Source: a virus. Taken from it: 64,000 bases of DNA. Position 1 is the stretch's first letter; every line of letters begins with the position of its first letter. The DNA lies in the IMG/VR virus record IMGVR_UViG_3300037520_002383, positions 1-64,000 of that record; one strand, written 5' to 3'. A model generated the notes under the pieces. The model was not told the origin of the DNA. It made no database searches and was given only the letters and a program-made list of their open reading frames with translations. Position numbers and translations under genes: made by a program. This document shows, one piece after another, positions 52,034 through 60,045 of this stretch.

Positions 52034-52828
52034 TCAGCAGCCAACGCAGTCAACGCAGCTGTCCATGACGCGATCGGCGATCGGCATCAGACTTTGGCGT
52101 AGATCTTCTAGACTGCCAAGGTTGTCGATGACCGCGCCATTGCGGCTGCAGAAATCCAACATCTCTGGCGTCTGCTGATCCTTCTCCGAGGCATGGCTGG
52201 GGGTAGTAGAGACGAGACCGGGGCGGCGAATGAGGAGAGGGAAGCCACGGGACTTCTCGGCTTCGTTGAAGAAGCGAGCGTCCGAAAGCACGATGACGTC
52301 GAAGTCTGAATCCGCGACCTGACGCTTGAGGCAGTTGATCCAGACATCGGCATCGAGCGCACGGCCCCACTCAGTGCCGAGAGTCTGCAGGGCTCGACGA
52401 GCACTAAGCCCGCGTTGGCGTTGCAGCTGACGCCGGCAGTCGACCATCTCCCACGACCACGGCACCTCGGCCATCAGTTCGTTGAACCAATGGTCCAGCT
52501 CTCGACGCGCCCTGAGCCAGAACTCGGGTGTGGCGTCGGGCCAGCACTCGCCGACGAAGGCGCTGCCGCAGACCTTCAGATATTCGCGAGCCGACTCCCA
52601 GGCCTCCATGTTCAGATAGGTCGGCATTTCTTCTTCACGCGCCGATGACGGGCCATAAACATTCTCAAAGCTGAAACCAAAGACACCGCGACAAAAGCGC
52701 TTGATGGGCGTCGCGAAGGCGGCTTGAGTCACTCTCAGGCCGCGTTTGTCCAGCAACTCGCAGAAGATGTTGGCGGCCGTTGACTTGCCGGCACCGGCAG
52801 TACCAATCGGAACGATGAGAAGGGTCAT
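52034..52828 (-). CDS. Deoxynucleoside monophosphate kinase (T4 gp1-like)
   Basis: GTAGAGKST, AFATPIK, RRALQTLGTEWGR, SDARFFNE, HASE. Confidence 0.9.
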   Translation of the reverse strand: MTLLIVPIGTAGAGKSTAANIFCELLDKRGLRVTQAAFATPIKRFCRGVFGFSFENVYGPSSAREEEMPTYLNMEAWESAREYLKVCGSAFVGECWPDATPEFWLRARRELDHWFNELMAEVPWSWEMVDCRRQLQRQRGLSARRALQTLGTEWGRALDADVWINCLKRQVADSDFDVIVLSDARFFNEAEKSRGFPLLIRRPGLVSTTPSHASEKDQQTPEMLDFCSRNGAVIDNLGSLEDLRQSLMPIADRVMDSCVDCVGC

Positions 52829-52853
52829 GATAAGCGCAGCCTCCTTGCGGCCG

Positions 52854-52882
52854 ATGATAGCACACACATCGACAATAGGCAA
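52854..52882 (-). promoter_or_regulatory. Sigma70-type promoter of the dNMP kinase gene
   Basis: TTGCCT-N17-TATCAT with TG extension. Confidence 0.6.
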
Positions 52883-52901
52883 CTATCACGCGCTTCTGCA
52901 G

Positions 52902-52936
52902 AAAAACAGCGGCCCTCCGGTGTAGGAAGGCCGCTG
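52902..52936 (-). terminator. Terminator after the tail tube gene
   Basis: CAGCGGCC...GGCCGCTG stem followed by TTTTT on the minus strand. Confidence 0.7.
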
Positions 52937-52974
52937 CTCAAATGACGCTAAGCGTTAGGCTGCTGACGTAGACG

Positions 52975-53454
52975 TCAAGGCAATCGGCTTGCCGTGCCAT
53001 CTTCAGACAAGTCGTTATCGGCCGTCTCGTCGCTACAGAGGATGCCCATAAAGCTGAAGCTCTGCTCAGTCAACTGTCGGCTAGCAATCGGCGTCTGGTA
53101 GCTCGTGGGGCGAACGTTCGAAATCTTCGCAATCACCTTGTCGGGGTTCTGCCGATCGGTGATCACGAACTGCAGGTATTCATGGGTCAAAATCTCAGCC
53201 AGGGTCGGGAAAAGGGCCTGGACATGGGGCCCTTGATCGATGATACGCCAACCGCTGGCGCTGATGCTCACTGGCTCCTGAGCCGTGTACTCGATGTCAC
53301 GCGGCGCGTACGCCCCCAGAGTATATACGGGCGTAGCGTCATAGGCGACGCCATAGCTGATGGACGTGAAAATACCAACGGTCACTTTACGGCCATCATC
53401 GCTCGTGATCTCGACCTTCGCCCGCGCACCGGTTACGATCTTTGGAGGTGCCAT
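52975..53454 (-). CDS. Tail tube protein
   Basis: 159 aa, directly after the sheath gene; strong SD; beta-rich pattern. Confidence 0.8.
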   Translation of the reverse strand: MAPPKIVTGARAKVEITSDDGRKVTVGIFTSISYGVAYDATPVYTLGAYAPRDIEYTAQEPVSISASGWRIIDQGPHVQALFPTLAEILTHEYLQFVITDRQNPDKVIAKISNVRPTSYQTPIASRQLTEQSFSFMGILCSDETADNDLSEDGTASRLP

Positions 53455-53503
53455 GTTGATTTCTCCCTTTTATTGAATGCCCTTAGAATCTCGGGTGGCG
53501 GCA

Positions 53504-56050
53504 TCACGCCGACTGTTGAACCTGTGAGACGACGAAGCTGATGGGAATGAAGTAAATCGCACCCGCCAGCTTGATCTCAAGGCTAACGAGCATCACCGGT
53601 CCCGCAATCTGAACGACAGCATTCTTGTAACCCTTTGGGGCATCGCTGCTGGAGGCAATAAGCTTCAATCGCGAGAAGTCGGCCATGATGCTGTCCAGCG
53701 TCGCCTTCGCAATGGCCGCCGAGACATCGGCGGTCGATTGACCGAGGAAGGCGATCTCCATGCGCTGAGCCGTCGACAAGGCAATCAGATCCGCGGCATA
53801 CGTCGCCTGGATGCTGTTGTAGACGAAGTTGTTGTCACGGCTGTAGGTTGTCTGATCGCTGACCCAAGCGAATCCACCCGTGGACTTGCGGGCCATCACC
53901 AAGAGACCCGAAGTCAACGCCTGCTCAGTCGCCGTCAGGTCGCGATCGTCGAAGTCGCGCGCCGCCTGCAATACGCCACTGCAGTTGACGCCCTTGTTGA
54001 CAATCGCGCGATAGAAGCCGGCGGCCTGCATGCCGGCGGCCAACACCGAGGCCATCCAGGGCTGATACTGGGTGATGACGCCGGCGCCCGAAACCAACTT
54101 GACGTCTTGGAAGGCCAATGAGCAACGGTAGGCAGCCAGGTTGGCTGCCGACTCACGCGCCGCAGCAAAGGTCGTGCGCTTGCTCAGGAAGCCCTGGCGG
54201 TGGCGACGGCGCTTCAGCGTCGACATCTTATTGACATGCGTCTTGACCACGGCATTCAAGCCATCGATGGTGTACGTCGAAGTTGCTTCCGTAAGGCCAT
54301 CGGTGATGTCGGCGCCGACGGCATCGCGGCTGAAGAGGGGGACGATGAAGTTCGTCGACACTTTCTCCAGGGCGTCAATCGCCGACGTCAAGTTGGCCGA
54401 CGTCGTGCCGCCTTTAGTGCCACCGGCCAGGAAGCCGGCGGCTTGCGTCGCCGGCAATCCAGCGTTGGCGCGTACCACCGTTCCGCTGGTGTTCTGCAAC
54501 TGCACCAGAGCCGATTCCTCGCTGATCTTTTTGAAGAAATCGTAGGCGTCAACCTTGATGCGGCCGGCGCGCGTGCCATGCGTCGTGCAGATGCCAATCG
54601 TCGAAACGCGATCCAGCGCCGTAGAAGGCAACTGCCCGACAACCGCCGACTCGACGGAAGCAGAGTAGCCGGTTTGCGTATTGATATAAGCCGCCAAGTC
54701 TGCAACCGTAGCGAAGTCACTGAGGTTCAGGGTCAGGTTGGAGCCAGAACCACCAGACACCGTCGCCGTAAATACGCCGGCGCTGGAGATCGTCAGGAGG
54801 GCCAAGGTGCCGGTATAACCGACATTCAAGACCACGCGGCCGCCAGACACCAAATCCTCGGAGATACCATCGGACTGACGACTAAGCGACAGCTGGGCGA
54901 TGTACTCGGCAACCGATGTCAATCGAGCCGAGGCGGTGGACTTGGAAATCCAAGTCACTGGGGTGCTCGTGCCAAGCACATAGGCACAGCGCTCCAGCAA
55001 GTCCGTGCCGGTGGTCAACTGAGCAATCTCGATGACCTTGCCGACGCCGTCGATTGGGTTACCAGCCTCAAGTGTGATGACCGCCGGAGAGTACACAACC
55101 AAGTTATTGGCGGGAGTACCGCCGACGGCAACCGAAGCGACATCGACGCAGTTGACTGGTCCGCCAACAACAGCGCCGGTCTGACCCGCATCCGAAAGTT
55201 TGGTGGCCGAGATGCTGTTCGATGAGGCGGCGGTGACGACATACGCACCGACGTTGTCGCCCGAAGCACCGCCGGCGCCCGTGAGGACCGAAGATACGCC
55301 AATCACCAACGTATCTCCTGCCGTCGGCACAACAGGAAAAGTCGCGGTCGTAGTGATGGTGATGTTTCTGCTAGTGCCAGAACCGCCAACAACACCCAAC
55401 GCCAAGTTACCCGTCGTTGGGTGGGCTACGCGATCGACGCCACCGGTCGCCAAAGGCCCGGCGAGACCGTTGACTGTCGACACAAACGCCGTGGGTGTAG
55501 TGTTGGCAGTCAACGCCACCGAGATGGCGGCACCGCCATTGACGCGCACTTCAAAGTTCACCGTTCCCACGCCGGGAATATAAGTAAACGAGCCCGTCGT
55601 CGGCAGGCTCTCGGCCTGCGAGGCCAAAAGCTGGCTCTGGATGAGGTTACCCAAGCGGCCATACGACTTATCGGCAATCACGCCGTAGGTCGTAGCGGCA
55701 AAGTTCACCAGGTTGCGCGTGGCCTTCGTCGAGGCGTTGGTCTTGACGAGGATGACGCGCGACGGTCCGCCGCTGATGTTGATGTCGTTGGCCGGCGAGG
55801 CGATTGCGCGCATGGCATCGACCAAGTTGCCGCTGCGGTACTTGGCGACGACTGCCGCCACCTGATCGACACCGAAGGCGTTTGCCTCCAGGTCATCTTC
55901 CAATGACCAGTCGGGACCGGCATCGGCTTCGCCTACCAGCGTCACGACGCCATTGGCCGCCAAGCCGCTTGTCTCTGCCGCCACCTTGACGGTAGAATAG
56001 GCGCCGGGGATGATGAGAGTGCCTTCGGTGGTGGTGTAAGAGAGAGCCAT
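53504..56050 (-). CDS. Contractile tail sheath protein
   Basis: IIPGAYSTV...VVTLVGEADAGP N-terminus; C-terminal SDQTTY...NSIQATYAAD, AIYFIPISF. Confidence 0.9.
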   Translation of the reverse strand: MALSYTTTEGTLIIPGAYSTVKVAAETSGLAANGVVTLVGEADAGPDWSLEDDLEANAFGVDQVAAVVAKYRSGNLVDAMRAIASPANDINISGGPSRVILVKTNASTKATRNLVNFAATTYGVIADKSYGRLGNLIQSQLLASQAESLPTTGSFTYIPGVGTVNFEVRVNGGAAISVALTANTTPTAFVSTVNGLAGPLATGGVDRVAHPTTGNLALGVVGGSGTSRNITITTTATFPVVPTAGDTLVIGVSSVLTGAGGASGDNVGAYVVTAASSNSISATKLSDAGQTGAVVGGPVNCVDVASVAVGGTPANNLVVYSPAVITLEAGNPIDGVGKVIEIAQLTTGTDLLERCAYVLGTSTPVTWISKSTASARLTSVAEYIAQLSLSRQSDGISEDLVSGGRVVLNVGYTGTLALLTISSAGVFTATVSGGSGSNLTLNLSDFATVADLAAYINTQTGYSASVESAVVGQLPSTALDRVSTIGICTTHGTRAGRIKVDAYDFFKKISEESALVQLQNTSGTVVRANAGLPATQAAGFLAGGTKGGTTSANLTSAIDALEKVSTNFIVPLFSRDAVGADITDGLTEATSTYTIDGLNAVVKTHVNKMSTLKRRRHRQGFLSKRTTFAAARESAANLAAYRCSLAFQDVKLVSGAGVITQYQPWMASVLAAGMQAAGFYRAIVNKGVNCSGVLQAARDFDDRDLTATEQALTSGLLVMARKSTGGFAWVSDQTTYSRDNNFVYNSIQATYAADLIALSTAQRMEIAFLGQSTADVSAAIAKATLDSIMADFSRLKLIASSSDAPKGYKNAVVQIAGPVMLVSLEIKLAGAIYFIPISFVVSQVQQSA

Positions 56051-56085
56051 TGTGTTTTGCCCCTTGCAAAGCCGTTACGGGTCCG

Positions 56086-56092
56086 AAGATTC
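56086..56092 (-). promoter_or_regulatory. Candidate late promoter GAATCTT
   Basis: 36 nt upstream of the sheath gene. Confidence 0.65.
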
Positions 56093-56108
56093 AGTCACTT
56101 GTCGAAAG

Positions 56109-57437
56109 CTATTTCTTGTCTGCCGCACTAATCATTGCCGCCGACGACTTAGGCTTCAGTTCGCCTGCGGCCCCTCCCTGATTCTTCGGTTCTTCCGCCA
56201 CAGTCGCGGGAGTAAAAGCTGATTCAGCCGCCAAGGCGCGTGCGGCATCTTCCGGCGAGGTACCCTTCTTGGCTTTTGCTGCCATCGCCATAATCGTCTC
56301 CGCGATTCCGGCCTTCATCAACGACGGCGGCGAGATACGCTTCGGCGCGGCAGAAGGAAGAGACGCGCTGGGGCGCGACGATGCGGGCGGCGGCGTGGGC
56401 GGCTTGGGTTTGGCCGTCGATGGAGGTGCGGTCGGCTTCTTGCCGCTAGGCGGCTTGGCTTCCGAAACGCCGGCTTTTTGAAGCTCATCCTTGTTGACGG
56501 TCGCCCAGGCCCTCGACTCGGCTTCCTTCGGCGAGACGCCCTTGGACTCGTAGGACTCCTTGATGTGGGCAGCCTGCCGCTTTTCCTTCTCCGTGTGCGA
56601 GCCGGGCTTCTGCAGCTTCTCAGCCTTTTTGGTTTCAGACCAGGCAGCCTTACGGATTTCTTCCAGCTTACGGCTGTTGAGCTGACCGCCGCTGCCCGTC
56701 TTCTTGTCCGTCAGGTCTTTTGACTTCTTGTCGCTGGGCAACACGGAATCCTTGTCGGCGGCATCAGGCACCGCCTTTTGATCAGGGACGGTCTTGCGGT
56801 CCTTCAGAGGCGCCGGATTCATCTTCGGCTCCTCCTTCTTGACCTCAGACTTGCCGGCGGCCATCTCGCCACACTTCTCAAGCGGCTGATGCATGTCGCC
56901 GCATTTCTGGCAGGCCTCGGCCTTCGCCAGACCCTGGTCACCCTTCATGTGCTGAAGGGCATACTGCGAGTTACGCCACATAATCCAGTCCAGATGCTGA
57001 TTGAAGGCCTGGTGGGCGGGGCTTTGGCCCGATGATTCCATTTGTCGGCGCGACAAGGTTTCGATGTCTTTTCCATCGGATCCAATGTGGTGAACATCGA
57101 TGGTTTTGAACTTGTTGGGCTTCATATCGTGATTCACCATCAGCTTCTCACCCGCCTGCCGGGCTTGGGGAGAAAGAAGGTGGCTGTAATCGAATGACTC
57201 TTTGCCCTCGGCAGCCGGCATGGGTTTGCCAGAAATCGGTTCGGGACGCGCCGCTGCTTGTTCGGTATGAGCCATCAGCCGGCGATGCAGATCCGCGTAC
57301 GGATCGCCTTCGGCCTTGCGAAGTTCACGCTCACGCAGATCCGCATAGTGCCCTTCCAGATCTTCAATGGTCTTTTTGAGCAGTGGCACGAGCCCCTGGC
57401 GAAGCTGAACTACCAAGTCCTGAGGGTTTTTAGGCAT
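56109..57437 (-). CDS. Lys/Pro-rich late protein with repeated [LIV]xK[A/C/E] motifs and a ChaB-like segment
   Basis: HTEKEKRQAAHIKESYESKGVSPKEAESRAWATVNK; GGAGAGG SD; AATCTT 32 nt upstream. Confidence 0.65.
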   Translation of the reverse strand: MPKNPQDLVVQLRQGLVPLLKKTIEDLEGHYADLRERELRKAEGDPYADLHRRLMAHTEQAAARPEPISGKPMPAAEGKESFDYSHLLSPQARQAGEKLMVNHDMKPNKFKTIDVHHIGSDGKDIETLSRRQMESSGQSPAHQAFNQHLDWIMWRNSQYALQHMKGDQGLAKAEACQKCGDMHQPLEKCGEMAAGKSEVKKEEPKMNPAPLKDRKTVPDQKAVPDAADKDSVLPSDKKSKDLTDKKTGSGGQLNSRKLEEIRKAAWSETKKAEKLQKPGSHTEKEKRQAAHIKESYESKGVSPKEAESRAWATVNKDELQKAGVSEAKPPSGKKPTAPPSTAKPKPPTPPPASSRPSASLPSAAPKRISPPSLMKAGIAETIMAMAAKAKKGTSPEDAARALAAESAFTPATVAEEPKNQGGAAGELKPKSSAAMISAADKK

Positions 57438-57468
57438 CGTACTACCTCTCCAAAAGCGATTTAGGGCA

Positions 57469-57475
57469 AAGATTC
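57469..57475 (-). promoter_or_regulatory. Candidate late promoter GAATCTT
   Basis: 32 nt upstream of ATG 57437. Confidence 0.6.
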
Positions 57476-57733
57476 AGCAGCCGTCGTCTGATAGCTCATT
57501 GCAGCATGCAGAAACCGGGCTCGTCGCCCGGCAACTTGATTGCGCCTTATCTGTGGCCGGGCGCCTAGCCCTTCCAGATACCCGTTACCTTGAAATACAA
57601 GCGACAGGTCTTCCACGTCCCAGCGACTTTGAGCCAGACTACACACTGCTTCCACACTCCACCGACACGCAACCAGGTGACGACCGGCGGTGGCGCTGCG
57701 CCCTGATTGGATAAGAGAGTTAGAAGCATGGAG

Positions 57734-57898
57734 TTAGACTAATGTTCGCAGTTGATCGAGAGTCGTTTGAGTCAGGATGATCTGTCCGTCCAGAAACACG
57801 ATCTGATTCAGATCGCCGATGTTCGTAGCCGAAGTCCGCGCTACATTTAGCGTCGTCAACTTCCTTTCCATCAAAACAATCAGCTCTTCCACCGTCAT
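57734..57898 (-). CDS. Small coiled-coil protein of the fibre module
   Basis: MTVEELIVLMERKLTTLNVAR...TQTTLDQLRTLV. Confidence 0.65.
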   Translation of the reverse strand: MTVEELIVLMERKLTTLNVARTSATNIGDLNQIVFLDGQIILTQTTLDQLRTLV

Positions 57899-57954
57899 AC
57901 AGCCACCGCCGTTTCCTAAGCGGCTCCGACTAGCGAAGCCACAAAAGCTAAAAA

Positions 57955-57989
57955 CCACTTCGACTGAGATGTCATCTCAGTCGAAGTGG
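57955..57989. repeat. Perfect 16-bp inverted repeat with 3-nt loop
   Basis: CCACTTCGACTGAGAT-GTC-ATCTCAGTCGAAGTGG. Confidence 0.95.
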
Positions 57990-57999
57990 CCATCGATTA

Positions 58000-59607
58000 T
58001 TATACCAAAGGAATCAGTTCCTGCGAAATGGTTGACAAGTGCGATTGCAGCAGGACAATGCTATATTTATCGGTGCCGTCGATAGCACAATATGACGCCA
58101 TTCTCCCCCCCAAAGCCGCAGTACCAGCTTGGATGAAATCTGTTGGAGTATACGGCGAGAACACACGATGTTTTGCATCAAAGCGATAGATTTGATTGAT
58201 TTGAGAAGCAACGTACACATTGATATAAGTATATCGCCCTTCTTCACTAAACGGCGAACAACAGCCCGTTGTTCCAGCACCAAATGAGGTGACGTTACCG
58301 TCATATGCCACTGCGCCAGTCCAGAGCCCCGTGGTTCCGCCCGCGATGTCGAGAACATCCAACGTCACCGCACCGCCGCGGAAAAAGAAGTTGAAGCTGT
58401 GACGGGCGTTGCGTGACGGATCGGGCTGGATGCCAAAAGACGGTGCCCAAAGGCAGCCGGCGGCATTGGCGGCCGGCGCAGTACCAAAAAATGTCGTACT
58501 CCAGGCATCGGCGGCAATCGTATTCGTGCCGTTGTTGATGGAAGCGTCGGTGTAGTTGTAGGTGTAGGTAGTGGTGTTGGCGGTTGTACGCAAGATAATG
58601 ACATTGGGTTGTTCAATGACATATTTTGCGGTCGCCGATGGCTGTGTCGTCCACGCGGTGCCGAGTGTATAGACGGGCGAGGCACCAGCAGTGTGACTGG
58701 CGATGATCCTACGTTGTCCAACTGCCGCCGGAGTGCCGGTGTCTTGTACGATTCTGATCTGAAAGTTGCGGTATTCATTGACGGCAACTACAGCATCGCC
58801 CCCCGTCGCCTGACCCGTAAGCGAGGAAGCGCCAGTTGCCGTAGCCGTCAGGCTGTTGAGGCCCGTATCATAGAGGAATGACCCCTTTACCATACCCTCG
58901 CCCGGCGCATGGTTATAGGGCACATACAGCTCATCCAACACAAGCATCGCGGAATCGGTGCTCAGCGTCGCCGGCAAGCTGGTAGTGGTACGGTTGGCGA
59001 GTGTATTGCTGGCCGGCTCAAAGGTACGAAAAACGCCGGCGGCCACGGTACCCGAACCCAACATAAACAAGCGTCCGCACAGCAGCTCGTAACGGGCGCC
59101 GGTTGCGGGCGTAAATGTAAATGCAGCATCAACAGTAATAGTAGGCGTGGTGCCGGCAGTATTGCCAACAACCCAACGCTCTTCAACTTTGCCCGCCGTA
59201 GTATCGATGATACGGACTCGGAATCCAAGCTCTCCGCTGCCGCCGCGATTCGCCAACATATTCACACCGACGGCTGTCGGCAGGGCGGTGCTAAGCGTAA
59301 AAGTCGTTGTCGTGGCACCGGCGGCGATCGTACCCACGGCACCAAAGCTAGGAGCAAAGGCGATAGCGGCGCCGGCGCCGAAAGTGCCGGCCGTCAACGG
59401 GTTAGCAACAGCCAACTGCCATGACTTAGTAACGATATTGAATCGATTCAAGACCGCGTTGCTCACGAGAGTGTAAACGAAGGGATTCCGCGTCGAATCG
59501 TTACGCATATCTGCGCACATCTGCGTAGCCGCGGCATGGGCGTTGGGGGATGGTGCGATCTGAACCCACATCATCCTATCGATAACTTTTTTGAAGGTAT
59601 TGGCCAT
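58000..59607 (-). CDS. Virion/receptor-binding beta-rich protein
   Basis: 535 aa, Thr/Gly/Ala-rich; two internal RI(I/V)xDT...(E/Q)R..(G/S)(N/H)TAG.(T/S)P repeats. Confidence 0.7.
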   Translation of the reverse strand: MANTFKKVIDRMMWVQIAPSPNAHAAATQMCADMRNDSTRNPFVYTLVSNAVLNRFNIVTKSWQLAVANPLTAGTFGAGAAIAFAPSFGAVGTIAAGATTTTFTLSTALPTAVGVNMLANRGGSGELGFRVRIIDTTAGKVEERWVVGNTAGTTPTITVDAAFTFTPATGARYELLCGRLFMLGSGTVAAGVFRTFEPASNTLANRTTTSLPATLSTDSAMLVLDELYVPYNHAPGEGMVKGSFLYDTGLNSLTATATGASSLTGQATGGDAVVAVNEYRNFQIRIVQDTGTPAAVGQRRIIASHTAGASPVYTLGTAWTTQPSATAKYVIEQPNVIILRTTANTTTYTYNYTDASINNGTNTIAADAWSTTFFGTAPAANAAGCLWAPSFGIQPDPSRNARHSFNFFFRGGAVTLDVLDIAGGTTGLWTGAVAYDGNVTSFGAGTTGCCSPFSEEGRYTYINVYVASQINQIYRFDAKHRVFSPYTPTDFIQAGTAALGGRMASYCAIDGTDKYSIVLLQSHLSTISQELIPLV

Positions 59608-59617
59608 CTTAGAATCC

Positions 59618-60034
59618 TCAGGTGATTCGAGCGCGATGACAATCTGCCCACGCGCTAATGTTGGTTTGATTTATTAGCATTGCGCCGGGGCGGCTATCGA
59701 TATTAGTCAATCCCGTGACTGTGGTGCACGTCGTAACGGTTGTAACAGTCGTAACAGCCGTAACGGTGCCAGATTCAACGATTACCGTACCCCTTTGACG
59801 ACCAAGAGAACGGTCAAAGCCCATGGGCGACATCAAGACCGACAAAATGCGATTGAGCAGCGACATTGCTCCGCTGCTTTCCTGCACCGGCAGTGGGTTC
59901 GTGCATGCGACGTCGCCTTCGTTGATTCCATCGGCTCCTTGTACCAACTTCACCCTTTGATATAGGACGCCGCCGATGTCATCGGCGGCAACGCTGGCTC
60001 CAGAACCAGGAGTGTAGCCTACGTTATCGGGCAT
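59618..60034 (-). CDS. Fibre-module virion protein
   Basis: MPDNVGYTPGSGASVAADDIGGVLYQRVKL; VTT repeats. Confidence 0.7.
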   Translation of the reverse strand: MPDNVGYTPGSGASVAADDIGGVLYQRVKLVQGADGINEGDVACTNPLPVQESSGAMSLLNRILSVLMSPMGFDRSLGRQRGTVIVESGTVTAVTTVTTVTTCTTVTGLTNIDSRPGAMLINQTNISAWADCHRARIT

Positions 60035-60045
60035 ACAACGACCTC

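Noticed and set aside
2453-56050. Extracellular contractile injection system or tailocin locus
   Set aside because: dNMP kinase, DenV-like and PhoH genes and dozens of early-type small genes point to a phage; no eCIS AAA ATPase cassette or host housekeeping context
57480-57730. Plus-strand ORF 57499-57714 or a hidden ncRNA/tRNA
   Set aside because: No convincing promoter, SD, motif or cloverleaf; left unassigned
53482-59616. CTTAGAATC shared upstream of the tube and 59607 genes
   Set aside because: Only two copies, one overlapping an SD; chance not excluded
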